From assembly GCA_017513085.1 (NCBI GenBank), contig JAFWDK010000033.1:1-60201 (forward strand): a DNA stretch of 60,201 nt. Reading direction: 5' to 3'. Below the pieces are notes generated by a model. The model ran no database searches. It was not told the DNA's origin and worked only from the letters and a program-made list of their open reading frames with translations. This stretch comes from Clostridiales bacterium (GTDB taxonomy: Bacteria > Bacillota > Clostridia > Saccharofermentanales > Saccharofermentanaceae). Within the stretch, counting starts at the first letter, position 1. Every line of letters starts with the position of its first letter. Below are positions 41,805 to 51,530 of this stretch, piece after piece. The translations under genes were made by a program, and so were the position numbers.

Positions 41805-42572
41805 ATGAGTATTTTTGCGATTGCAGACCTGCATCTTTCTCTTTCGGTAGATAAACCGATGGACGTCTTCGGACCGGGCTGGCAGAATTATGTCGAGCGT
41901 CTGGATAAGGCGTGGCGCAGCAAGATCGGTCCGGAGGATACGGTTCTGATCCCGGGGGATATTTCCTGGGGACTTTCCATGGATGAAGCGCTGGCGGATC
42001 TGCAGTTCGTCGAGGATCTTCCGGGCAGTAAGATCCTGAGTAAGGGAAATCACGACCTTTGGTGGGGAACCAATAAGAAAGTGGAGGACTTCCTTGCATT
42101 GCACGGGATGACGTCCATGAAGCTTCTGAAAAACAATGGATTCTTCATAGAGAATACTTTGATCGCGGGCACCCGTGGATGGTTGCTCCCGGAAAATCCG
42201 GAGAGCAAAGAAGCGGATGAGAAGATCTATCTGCGCGAAGTCGGACGTCTCGAAAGATCGCTGGCCGATTCGGTCAAGGCGTATGAAAAAGCAACTGCAC
42301 AGGAGAGGGCAGATGCAGGCTGCGGGACAAGTGCTTTTGGAGCCGGTCCCGAAGCGCCGCGCAAAGTCGTTATGCTGCACTACCCACCGATCTGCGATCC
42401 TGAGCGTGCCAACGGATTTACGGAGATGCTCGAGAAGTACGGCGTCGACCTGTGTCTGTACGGGCATCTGCACGGAAGAGGACATCTGAAGGCTTTCGAA
42501 GGAGTCAGAAACGGCGTCGAATACCGCCTGATCGCGGCGGATTACCTGCAGTTTGACCCGGTCCGGATCTGA
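41805..42572 (+). CDS. Calcineurin-like metallophosphoesterase
   Basis: ADLHLS, GDISW, KGNHD, HYPP, YGHLH. Confidence 0.9.
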   Translation: MSIFAIADLHLSLSVDKPMDVFGPGWQNYVERLDKAWRSKIGPEDTVLIPGDISWGLSMDEALADLQFVEDLPGSKILSKGNHDLWWGTNKKVEDFLALHGMTSMKLLKNNGFFIENTLIAGTRGWLLPENPESKEADEKIYLREVGRLERSLADSVKAYEKATAQERADAGCGTSAFGAGPEAPRKVVMLHYPPICDPERANGFTEMLEKYGVDLCLYGHLHGRGHLKAFEGVRNGVEYRLIAADYLQFDPVRI

Positions 42573-42890
42573 TGCCGGCAGGAGAGTGGTTTTGAAGTTG
42601 TTTGGTGATCGATCATTGCCGGTAGAAAGTCGGGAACGTCAATAGTCGCTGTTCCGGCTTTCTTTAGGAATGACTCCGAAAGCCGGATTCACCCAAAACA
42701 TCCATCCCGGCTTTCTTGGACAAAAATGCGAGCTGAAAATTTCTTGTAATGCCTGTGGCTCTAAGCTTTGAATCGATTTCGAGACTTGCGCTTTTTTGCA
42801 AGCTGCGATATAATCTTATTTACGCAAAAAACGCCTTGTTTATAGTGGTTTAAGGCATTTGCGAATTCCTGTGAAATGGAGATCGGCTTC

Positions 42891-43778
42891 ATGGCATATA
42901 GCATGACGGGATATGGACGTGGCGAAGCTACTTATACGACGCGTCGCTACGTGGTAGAGATCAAATCAGTGAACAACAGATTCTGCGATGTGCAGATCCG
43001 AATCCCGAGAGGCTATATCGTGCTGGAAAATAAGATTCGTGAACGGATCTCCGACAAGCTCCTTCGTGGTAAGATCGATGTTTTTGTGACGATCGAGGAT
43101 GTTGGAGATGGCAACCAGACGGTGGAGATGAATACCGGACTGGCGAAGGCGTATTCCGAAGCCGTTGTGAAAATAGCAGAACTTACCGGACGTAAAGACG
43201 AAACGGATGCATATCATATTGCCCGCTTCCCGGATGTGCTGGTTGCCCGTGCGACGAGCCTGACTCCGGAAGAAGCAGGCGCAGAGCTTCTGCCGGTTGT
43301 GGATACGGCTATCGAGGATATTCTCCGTATGCGTACCATCGAGGGCGGAAAACTTGTGGACGATCTTCTGGAGAAAGCTACTCATTTTGAAGAGTTGCAT
43401 GCGGCCGTGAAACTTCGTGCTCCTTTGGTACCGAAGGAATATAAAGAGCGCCTGATGGCAAGAGTTCAGGAATTGCTCGATGATAAGGCTGACCTTGTTT
43501 ATGACGAGACGAGAAGAGAAGCGGAAGTTGCGGTATTTGCAGATAAGTGCGCGATCGACGAGGAATTGACCCGACTGACCAGCCATATCAGCCAGCTTCG
43601 TGAAACGCTGGCGGCGAAAGGCAGTATCGGAAAGAGATTGGATTTCATCCTTCAGGAGATGAACCGTGAAGTGAACACCATCGGCTCCAAAGCCAACGAT
43701 ATAACCATAACGAACTACGTTCTGGACATGAAGACGGAACTGGAAAAGATCCGTGAGCAGATCCAGAATCTGGCGTAA
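42891..43778 (+). CDS. yicC: YicC/YloC family endoribonuclease
   Basis: SMTGYGR, EIKSVNNRF, EELTRL, GKRLDFILQEMNREVNTIGSK. Confidence 0.93.
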   Translation: MAYSMTGYGRGEATYTTRRYVVEIKSVNNRFCDVQIRIPRGYIVLENKIRERISDKLLRGKIDVFVTIEDVGDGNQTVEMNTGLAKAYSEAVVKIAELTGRKDETDAYHIARFPDVLVARATSLTPEEAGAELLPVVDTAIEDILRMRTIEGGKLVDDLLEKATHFEELHAAVKLRAPLVPKEYKERLMARVQELLDDKADLVYDETRREAEVAVFADKCAIDEELTRLTSHISQLRETLAAKGSIGKRLDFILQEMNREVNTIGSKANDITITNYVLDMKTELEKIREQIQNLA

Positions 43779-43793
43779 GGAAAGGACGTAAGC

Positions 43794-44045
43794 ATGGTAT
43801 TTATCGATATCGGATTCGGAAATATGGTCAACCCGGAGCGACTGGTCTGTGTGGCCGGAGCAGAGTCGGCCCCGATCCGTAGACTGGTGCAGGATGCAAG
43901 AGACCGTGGCGCGCTCGTTGACTGTTCTTCCGGAAAGAAGAGCAAATCGGTACTGGTGATGGACAGTGAGCATGTGATCCTGTCGGCACTTCCTTCCGAG
44001 GAGATCTCCGGACTATTGAAGAATGCGGATGGTGAGAATAAATGA
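43794..44045 (+). CDS. remA: RemA/DUF370 family protein
   Basis: IDIGFGNMV, ESAPIRRL, HVILSAL; conserved yicC-remA-gmk-rpoZ order. Confidence 0.9.
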   Translation: MVFIDIGFGNMVNPERLVCVAGAESAPIRRLVQDARDRGALVDCSSGKKSKSVLVMDSEHVILSALPSEEISGLLKNADGENK

Positions 44046-44647
44046 GCAAAGGTTTGATCGTTTCGATATCAGGACCCTCGGGAGTAGGAAAAGGAACGGT
44101 GATCGAGCGTCTCCGTGAGATGATCCCCGGATGCAGACACTCGATTTCTGTGACGTCCCGTGCCCCGAGAGGAACCGAGAAAGATGGCGTCGAGTACTAC
44201 TTCCGTTCCAAGGAAGAGTTCGAGGAACTGATTTCAAAAGGCGAGATCATTGAGTATGACCAGTACGTGGGAAACTACTATGGTACGCCGCTGACACCGC
44301 TCCTTCAGATGTCATCGGAAGGAAAGACAGTGCTTCTGGATCTGACCGTGCCGGGGAGTCTGGCTTTGAAAGATAAGTTTGAGGATACGGTTACGATCTT
44401 TCTTCTTCCGCCTTCTATGGAAGAACTCAGAAGCCGGCTTTGCGGGCGCGGAACAGAAAGTGAAGACCTGATCGAGAAGAGAATGGCTCAGGCGAAAAAC
44501 GAGATCGCCAAGGCAGAAAAGTTCGACTATGTGGTGACGAACCGGACAGTTGAGCAGGCAGCGCAAGAGATCGCTGCAATCATGAAAGCGGAGAATTGCC
44601 GCTTTAAAAGAAGTAGTGACGCAGTGGAAACACTGCTTGCACAATAA
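44042..44647 (+). CDS. gmk: Guanylate kinase
   Basis: SGPSGVGKGT, TSRAPRGTE, NYYGTP. Confidence 0.96.
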   Translation: MSKGLIVSISGPSGVGKGTVIERLREMIPGCRHSISVTSRAPRGTEKDGVEYYFRSKEEFEELISKGEIIEYDQYVGNYYGTPLTPLLQMSSEGKTVLLDLTVPGSLALKDKFEDTVTIFLLPPSMEELRSRLCGRGTESEDLIEKRMAQAKNEIAKAEKFDYVVTNRTVEQAAQEIAAIMKAENCRFKRSSDAVETLLAQ

Positions 44648-44691
44648 TAGAAATAGTAAAATGAGGCAATGAAAAAAGGGAGGAATTGAAA

Positions 44692-45174
44692 ATGTTAGTT
44701 GATCCGTCAGTTGAAGAATTGTTGCCAAAGGCAGAGTGTCGATTCTCACTTTGCATGCTTGTTGCCAAGCGCGCGCGTCAGCTTGTGGATGGAGCACAGC
44801 CGATGGTGGATGATCCGACACCGAGTTATGTTACGCTGGCCTGCAAAGAAATCGCCGCTGATAAAGTGGTAGGCGTAGAAGGAATCCATACTCCGTATGT
44901 TCCGCTTCGTCCGGAGATCGAAGAGGCTCGTCGTCTGGCAAAAGAAGCAGCTGAGAATCAGGCTCGCATGGATGCAGAGCAGGCTATGGAAGCAGCTGGT
45001 GAAGAAGGTGCAGAAATTCCTGCAGAGTCCCAGTCGGAAGAAGTGGTTGAGACATCCAGTGTTGCGGATGGTCTGATCGAAGAACTGAGTGCAGAAGAAT
45101 TTGCTGCAGGCGCTCCTTCCACAGAAGATGATGATGATATTGACGATGACGTCAATGAAGAGGAGGAGTCCTGA
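44692..45174 (+). CDS. rpoZ: RNA polymerase omega subunit with long acidic C-terminal extension
   Basis: PSVEELL...[15 protein letters not shown]; directly follows gmk. Confidence 0.9.
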   Translation: MLVDPSVEELLPKAECRFSLCMLVAKRARQLVDGAQPMVDDPTPSYVTLACKEIAADKVVGVEGIHTPYVPLRPEIEEARRLAKEAAENQARMDAEQAMEAAGEEGAEIPAESQSEEVVETSSVADGLIEELSAEEFAAGAPSTEDDDDIDDDVNEEEES

Positions 45175-46604
45175 TGCCTGTACAGAAATCAATGGAAAAA
45201 ATCGTTGCCCTTGCAAAGACAAGAGGCTTCGTCTATCCGGGTTCCGATATCTACGGCGGTCTGGCAAATGCCTGGGACTTCGGTCCTTTGGGCGTACAGC
45301 TTAAGAATAATGTAAAGGCCGCATGGTGGAAGAAATTCGTTCAGGAGAGCCCTTATAACGTAGGCGTGGATTGCGCCATCCTGATGAATCCTCAGGTTTG
45401 GGTCGCATCCGGTCATGTAGGCGGTTTCTCAGATCCGCTTATCGACTGCAAGCAGTGCAAGGCTCGTGCCCGTGCTGATAAACTTGTCGAGGATTTTAAT
45501 TCCGAGAACGGCATCACCGATGTTAATGTCGAAGGGATGAACGACGAACAGCTCGTCGCCTACATCAAAGAAAAGAACATTCCTTGCCCGACATGTGGTG
45601 GCCACAACTTCACAGATGTAAGAAAATTCAACCTGATGTTTAAGACATTCATGGGTGTTACCGAAGACGCAAAGAACGAAGTTTATCTCCGTCCGGAGAC
45701 TGCTCAGGGTATTTTCGTAAACTTCCTGAACGTGCAGCGTTCTGCAAGAAAGAAGATCCCGTTCGGTATCTGCCAGATCGGTAAGAGCTTCAGAAACGAG
45801 ATCACACCGGGTAACTTCATCTTCAGAACCCGTGAGTTCGAACAGATGGAACTTGAGTTCTTCTGCGAACCGGGTACGGACCTCGAGTGGTTCAAATACT
45901 GGAAAGAATACTGCTACAACTGGCTGACAGGCCTCGGCCTGAAAGAAGATGAGCTCAGAACGAGAGATCACTCTCCGGAGGAACTTGCTTTCTATTCCAA
46001 TGCAACGACTGACTTTGAGTTCTGGTTCCCCTTCGGCGAAGGCCAGTGGGGTGAACTCTGGGGCGTGGCGGACCGTACCGATTACGACCTCAAGCAGCAT
46101 ATGCAATTCAGTAAACAGGATCTGTCTTACTTTGATCCGGCCAAGAATGAGAAATATGTACCGTATGTTATCGAACCGTCTCTCGGCGCTGACCGTGTGA
46201 CGCTGGCTTTCCTGTGCTCTGCATACGACGAAGAAAAGATCGTCGACGGCGACAAGGAAGATGTTCGTACCGTGATGCATTTCCATCCGTTCCTGGCTCC
46301 GATCAAGATCGGTGTGCTTCCGCTTTCTGCGAAGCTTTCCGAAAAGGCTGAACCGATCTTTACTGAGCTTTCAAAGAAGTATATGTGCGAATTCGATGAC
46401 AGACAGTCCATCGGTAAGCGTTATCGTCGTCAGGATGAGATCGGTACCCCGTACTGCATCGTGTATGACTTCGATTCCGAGAACGATAACTGTGTCACGA
46501 TCCGTGAGCGCGATTCCATGAAGAATGTCGAGTACGAGCCGGGCAACATCCGTTTCCCGATCGACAAACTCGGTGAGTTCTTCGAAGGCAAGTTCGATTT
46601 CTGA
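45174..46604 (+). CDS. glyQS: Glycine--tRNA ligase, alpha2 type
   Basis: [52 protein letters not shown]. Confidence 0.96.
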   Translation: MPVQKSMEKIVALAKTRGFVYPGSDIYGGLANAWDFGPLGVQLKNNVKAAWWKKFVQESPYNVGVDCAILMNPQVWVASGHVGGFSDPLIDCKQCKARARADKLVEDFNSENGITDVNVEGMNDEQLVAYIKEKNIPCPTCGGHNFTDVRKFNLMFKTFMGVTEDAKNEVYLRPETAQGIFVNFLNVQRSARKKIPFGICQIGKSFRNEITPGNFIFRTREFEQMELEFFCEPGTDLEWFKYWKEYCYNWLTGLGLKEDELRTRDHSPEELAFYSNATTDFEFWFPFGEGQWGELWGVADRTDYDLKQHMQFSKQDLSYFDPAKNEKYVPYVIEPSLGADRVTLAFLCSAYDEEKIVDGDKEDVRTVMHFHPFLAPIKIGVLPLSAKLSEKAEPIFTELSKKYMCEFDDRQSIGKRYRRQDEIGTPYCIVYDFDSENDNCVTIRERDSMKNVEYEPGNIRFPIDKLGEFFEGKFDF

Positions 46605-46731
46605 TCGGACAGGACGGCCGCATCAGCGGACCGAAAAAAGGTTTTTAAGTGCTTTTCAATCGGAACAAGGGCGAAAAGGACTTTGAAATAAAGTAACTAG
46701 AAGCAAAAAATTATGAAAGGCGGGCTAAACA

Positions 46732-49350
46732 ATGACTAAATATGTTTACTTGTTTTCTGAGGGCAACGGTAACATGCGTGAGCTCCTCGGCGGTAAGGGT
46801 GCAAACCTTGCAGAGATGACAAATCTCGGACTTCCTGTTCCACAGGGATTTACGATCACAACAGAGGCTTGTACGAAATACTACGAAGATGGTCGTCAGA
46901 TCAACGATGAGATCTTCGGTCAGATCCTGGAATATGTTGGAAAGATGGAGGAGATCACCGGTAAAAAATTCGGTGACCTTGAGAACCCGCTCCTCGTTTC
47001 TGTACGTTCCGGTGCGAGAGCTTCCATGCCGGGTATGATGGATACGATCCTCAATCTTGGTCTTAACGAGGAAGTTGTTAATGTAATCGCTGAAAAGTCC
47101 AACAACCCGCGCTGGGCTTGGGACTGCTACAGAAGATTTATCCAGATGTATTCCGACGTAGTTATGGAAGTCGGTAAGAAGTACTTCGAGGAACTCATCG
47201 ATAAGATGAAGGCGGAGAAGGGTGTTACACAGGACGTTGAGCTTGGCGCTGATGATCTCAAAGAACTGGCAAATCAGTTCAAGGCTGAGTATAAGGCGAA
47301 GATCGGTTCTGACTTCCCGACAGATCCGAAGGAACAGCTCATGGGTGCGATCAAGGCTGTATTCCGTTCCTGGGACAACCCGCGTGCCAATGTTTACCGT
47401 CGTGATAACGATATCCCGTATTCCTGGGGTACAGCTGTTAACGTACAGTCCATGGCTTTCGGTAACATGGGTGACGATTGCGGTACCGGTGTTGCTTTCA
47501 CACGTGACCCGGCAACAGGTAACAAGGGCCTCTTCGGTGAGTTCCTGACCAATGCTCAGGGCGAGGACGTTGTTGCAGGCGTTCGTACTCCGATGAAGAT
47601 CGCTGAGATGCAGGAGAAATTCCCGGAAGCTTTCAAACAGTTCACGGATGTATGCTCCATTCTCGAAAAGCACTACAGAGATATGCAGGATATGGAGTTC
47701 ACAGTTGAACACGGTAAGCTCTATATGCTCCAGACAAGAAACGGTAAGAGAACCGCTCAGGCAGCTCTCAAGATTGCTTGTGACCTCGTGGATGAGGGTA
47801 TGAGAACAGAGGAAGAGGCAGTTGCCATGATCGATCCTCGTAACCTCGATACACTTCTCCATCCTCAGTTCGATGCAAAAGCACTGAAGGATGCGAAGCC
47901 GATCGCTCAGGCTCTGGGTGCTTCTCCGGGTGCTGCTTGCGGCCAGATCGTGTTTACTGCTGAAGATGCAAAGGCTTGGAAGGCAGAAGGAAAGAAAGTC
48001 GTTCTCGTACGTCTCGAGACTTCTCCGGAAGATATCGAAGGCATGAAGGCTTCCCAGGGTATCCTCACAGTTCGTGGTGGTATGACTTCTCACGCTGCCG
48101 TTGTTGCACGTGGTATGGGTACCTGCTGTGTATCCGGTTGCTCTGATATCAACATGGACGAAGCAAATAAGAAGTTCACACTGGCCGGTAAGGAATATAA
48201 AGAGGGAGATGAGATCTCCATCGATGGTAAGATCTATGACGGCATCATCCCGACAGTAGATGCTACTATCGCAGGTGAGTTCGGCCGCATCATGGCTTGG
48301 GCAGATAAGTTCCGTCGCCTGAAGGTTAGAACAAATGCGGATACTCCGAAGGATGCGAAGAAGGCTCGTGAGCTCGGTGCTGAAGGTATCGGCCTCTGCC
48401 GTACAGAGCACATGTTCTTCGGTGACGGAAGAATCGATGCTTTCCGTGAGATGATCTGCTCCGAGACAGTAGAAGAGAGAGAAGAAGCTCTCGAGAAGAT
48501 CCTGCCGATGCAGCAGTCTGACTTCGAAGCTCTCTATGAGGCTCTCGAGGGTTATCCGGTAACCATCCGTTTCCTGGATCCGCCGCTCCATGAGTTCGTA
48601 CCGACCGAAGAAGCTGACATCAAGAAGCTCGCTGATAAGAAGGGCAAGTCTGTTGAAGCCATCAAGGCTATGATCGATTCTCTCCACGAGTTCAACCCGA
48701 TGATGGGTCACCGTGGATGCCGTCTGGCAGTTACTTATCCGGAAATCGCAAAGATGCAGACCAAGGCTGTTATCCGCGCGGCTCTGAATGTTAAGAAGAA
48801 TCATCCGGATTGGAAGATCGAGCCGGAGATCATGATCCCGCTCATCGGCGATATCAAGGAGCTCAAGGTTGTTAAGAGTATCGTTGTTGAGACAGCGGAT
48901 GCTGAGATCGCTGCTTCCGGTTCTGACCTCAAGTACGAAGTTGGTACCATGATCGAGATCCCGCGTGCTGCTCTTACAGCTGATGAGATCGCTAAGGAAG
49001 CCGCTTTCTTCTGCTTCGGTACAAACGACCTGACACAGATGACATTCGGTTTCTCCCGTGATGACTCCGGTAAGTTCCTCGAGGCTTACTACGAGTCCAA
49101 GATCTTCGAGTCTGACCCGTTTGCCCGTCTCGACCAGAACGGCGTAGGTAAGCTCATGAAGATGGCGATCGACCTCGGTAAGCCGGTCAACCCGAACCTG
49201 CACATCGGTATCTGCGGTGAGCACGGCGGTGACCCGACGTCCGTAGAGTTCTGCCACAAGATCGGCCTGGATTATGTATCCTGCTCGCCGTTCCGTGTAC
49301 CGATCGCTCGTCTTGCTGCTGCTCAGGCTGCAATCAACGACAAGGGTTGA
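46732..49350 (+). CDS. ppdK: Pyruvate, phosphate dikinase
   Basis: LLGGKGANLAEM, GGMTSHAAVVARG, GIGLCRTEHM, GICGEHGG, SCSPFRVP. Confidence 0.97.
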   Translation: MTKYVYLFSEGNGNMRELLGGKGANLAEMTNLGLPVPQGFTITTEACTKYYEDGRQINDEIFGQILEYVGKMEEITGKKFGDLENPLLVSVRSGARASMPGMMDTILNLGLNEEVVNVIAEKSNNPRWAWDCYRRFIQMYSDVVMEVGKKYFEELIDKMKAEKGVTQDVELGADDLKELANQFKAEYKAKIGSDFPTDPKEQLMGAIKAVFRSWDNPRANVYRRDNDIPYSWGTAVNVQSMAFGNMGDDCGTGVAFTRDPATGNKGLFGEFLTNAQGEDVVAGVRTPMKIAEMQEKFPEAFKQFTDVCSILEKHYRDMQDMEFTVEHGKLYMLQTRNGKRTAQAALKIACDLVDEGMRTEEEAVAMIDPRNLDTLLHPQFDAKALKDAKPIAQALGASPGAACGQIVFTAEDAKAWKAEGKKVVLVRLETSPEDIEGMKASQGILTVRGGMTSHAAVVARGMGTCCVSGCSDINMDEANKKFTLAGKEYKEGDEISIDGKIYDGIIPTVDATIAGEFGRIMAWADKFRRLKVRTNADTPKDAKKARELGAEGIGLCRTEHMFFGDGRIDAFREMICSETVEEREEALEKILPMQQSDFEALYEALEGYPVTIRFLDPPLHEFVPTEEADIKKLADKKGKSVEAIKAMIDSLHEFNPMMGHRGCRLAVTYPEIAKMQTKAVIRAALNVKKNHPDWKIEPEIMIPLIGDIKELKVVKSIVVETADAEIAASGSDLKYEVGTMIEIPRAALTADEIAKEAAFFCFGTNDLTQMTFGFSRDDSGKFLEAYYESKIFESDPFARLDQNGVGKLMKMAIDLGKPVNPNLHIGICGEHGGDPTSVEFCHKIGLDYVSCSPFRVPIARLAAAQAAINDKG

Positions 49351-49479
49351 TAGAACGTAAAACATTCTACTTGATGACCATAATGGTCACCAAGCAAGAT
49401 ATCAAACAATACTTTGCCAAGAACCCCAAATACAAGAAAGTCAACGGGTTCAAGGATATGAAGGTAGAGATTTACATTT

Positions 49480-49518
49480 AAGAACAGCTGGGGCAGCATT
49501 GCTCCGGCTGTTCTTTTA
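49480..49518 (+). terminator. Rho-independent terminator (now serving ppdK)
   Basis: AAGAACAGCTGGGGCA / TGCTCCGGCTGTTCTT hairpin plus T run. Confidence 0.8.
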
Positions 49519-49667
49519 TTGCTCCGCTTGCAGTCCTTTTTGTTTGACAGTAGAATAGAAAGAAAACTGTGTTTTTTTGATTATGAGTTAAAAAGCAAGT
49601 GTTAATAAAGCATTTGCATGATGGACACTAGAATGGTACGATGAATATACCTTTTGGAGAAAAGATT

Positions 49668-50087
49668 ATGATTGGTGACCAGATTAAAAAACTACGTAAG
49701 AGCAAAAAAATATCTCAAGATGATTTATCTGAAATGTTAGGGATTTCCAGATCAACACTTAGCAAAATAGAGAATAATCGTCAAACTGTTGATAGGGAGA
49801 CAATAAAGAATATTTCCCGGGTGCTGGATGTAGATTATCGAGTTTTAGTTGCAGGAGATCTTTTGGAGAACGAAGTTCTTCTTAGTGGATCGGCTGAGCA
49901 AATTATTAAATCTGCAGACAGTATTATGTCAGAAACTCTTAGACTTAGAAATATCCAGACCAATTATGATGTTTCGAAAAGAAGACGAGAAATGAAAAGA
50001 GTTAAGATAATCTTAATATCGATTTGTTCTTTGTTTTTTACTATCGAATTAATAATACTCTTGTTATTGGATATTCACAATCGTTGA
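49668..50087 (+). CDS. XRE-family HTH regulator with C-terminal transmembrane helix
   Basis: IKKLRKSKKISQDDLSEMLGISRSTLSKIEN; hydrophobic tail IILISICSLFFTIELIILLLL. Confidence 0.85.
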   Translation: MIGDQIKKLRKSKKISQDDLSEMLGISRSTLSKIENNRQTVDRETIKNISRVLDVDYRVLVAGDLLENEVLLSGSAEQIIKSADSIMSETLRLRNIQTNYDVSKRRREMKRVKIILISICSLFFTIELIILLLLDIHNR

Positions 50088-50102
50088 AAAGAAGGCATAA
50101 GT

Positions 50103-50642
50103 ATGGAAAATAACGAAACTGCAATACTTGGAAAGAATATTCGCAATCTTAGGATCTTCAAAGGAATGTCTCAGAAATCACTCGCTGAAGCTACTTTTAC
50201 ATCCAGAAACACAATTTATCTTTGGGAGTCTGGCGAGAAGAAGCCCAGCAAAAGTGAATTGAGAAGAATAGCGGAACTTTTCGATGTTAGCGTGGAAAGT
50301 TTAGTCAATGAACCTGATTTGAAATTAGTTGGGGAAGCAAAATTATTGCCATCCATTGATAAGATTAGTCGGTCTGCTTCCGTATTGGATGAAGCACAAA
50401 AGGAGATTACGGAAGCGGTGGATGCGTTGATTGTACAAATGGATAACCAAATAATACGTGAACAACAAAAAAAGAAAGACATAAAAGAAATCGTTATCAT
50501 ACTTATTGTTGCAGTAAGTATTATGATTAGTATGTTTATTCTCTACTGTACCCATGTGAATAAGCCGAAAAACAGTGGATCTCTTCAAGCGGGAACGATC
50601 AATATCGAAGAGTTAAATAATCTTGACACGGGGGGGCGGTGA
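50103..50642 (+). CDS. XRE-family HTH regulator with C-terminal transmembrane helix
   Basis: IRNLRIFKGMSQKSLAEATFTSRNTIYLWESG; hydrophobic IVIILIVAVSIMISMFILY. Confidence 0.85.
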   Translation: MENNETAILGKNIRNLRIFKGMSQKSLAEATFTSRNTIYLWESGEKKPSKSELRRIAELFDVSVESLVNEPDLKLVGEAKLLPSIDKISRSASVLDEAQKEITEAVDALIVQMDNQIIREQQKKKDIKEIVIILIVAVSIMISMFILYCTHVNKPKNSGSLQAGTINIEELNNLDTGGR

Positions 50643-50673
50643 ATTCTGCACATAACCAGGCTTATTACTGTTT

Positions 50674-50738
50674 AATGCATTTTGTACAGCGGTTTTTTAC
50701 AAAATGCATTCGTCTTTTTCTATCGAATCGACTAAAAT
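50674..50738 (+). promoter_or_regulatory. Palindromic operator plus putative -10 (copy 1)
   Basis: AATGCATTTTGT-N13-ACAAAATGCATT at 50674-50710, TAAAAT at 50733. Confidence 0.65.
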
Positions 50739-50782
50739 CAGCTTTATCAATTTTATGATGTTCAAGATTTGGAGGGATTCGA

Positions 50783-51400
50783 ATGAGAAAGAAATGCTTG
50801 ACGACAAAATGTTTTTTTTCTTGGATAGTAGCATCAATGTTGACTATTATTGTTCTGTGTGGGCAGTTTAAGGTGGTTTGTGCTACTAATGAGGACTCAG
50901 ACCCATTCAGTTTAATTGACTATGTTAGTACTCATGATATACACTCATTTAGCGAGTTTGATAGTGTTCTTCGACAGTACTGTGGACAGTTTTACGAACC
51001 GTTTATAGTAGAGAATGAGGTAGGTTTTGAGATTGATGTCAACTATGATAACAGATTTGTCATTGTTACTGTTGTCGAGGATCTTGGGCAAACAAGAGGT
51101 GTTAAAACAGGAAAAGCTACTAGAAAGTATTATTCGGATTCTGGGGCAGTAACATTCACCATATATGTTGAAGGTCGCTTTACGTATTCAACAAATGAGA
51201 GTCGCACATTATCTGTAACTGGGGCGTATACTCCATCTGTTCTCTCCTTCTGGACGAGTACACCAACACTTACAAGTGGTAATTTTTCCCCGACACTTGC
51301 TTATGCCAAGATATATGGCACAGCTACATTCCTAACTTTTTCACAATATTATTCTATTACTTTAATGTGTGACAATTATGGAAATTTAAGCGCAAATTAG
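50783..51400 (+). CDS. Secreted hypothetical protein with beta-rich Ser/Thr C-terminal domain
   Basis: Sec signal (VVCA), RBS GGAGG, ends ITLMCDNYGNLSAN. Confidence 0.7.
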   Translation: MRKKCLTTKCFFSWIVASMLTIIVLCGQFKVVCATNEDSDPFSLIDYVSTHDIHSFSEFDSVLRQYCGQFYEPFIVENEVGFEIDVNYDNRFVIVTVVEDLGQTRGVKTGKATRKYYSDSGAVTFTIYVEGRFTYSTNESRTLSVTGAYTPSVLSFWTSTPTLTSGNFSPTLAYAKIYGTATFLTFSQYYSITLMCDNYGNLSAN

Positions 51401-51421
51401 CATTGCTACCAGTTTAACGAA

Positions 51422-51486
51422 AATGCATTTTGTTAAGCGTAATTACACAAATTGCATTCGCATTACCAAAAGTTTCGTGATAGCAT
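51422..51486 (+). promoter_or_regulatory. Palindromic operator plus putative -10 (copy 2)
   Basis: AATGCATTTTGT-N13-ACAAATTGCATT at 51422-51458, TAGCAT at 51481; same spacing as copy 1. Confidence 0.65.
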
Positions 51487-51530
51487 CAAAACAGATGGCC
51501 ATCTAAGAATATTTGGATAGAGATGCGGGT

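Noticed and set aside
46711-49365. 884-aa antisense ORF opposite ppdK (also 20724..22322, 16836..18203, 40555..42099 and similar)
   Set aside because: Shadow ORFs opposite clearly identified genes, explained by biased codon usage; no recognisable motifs.
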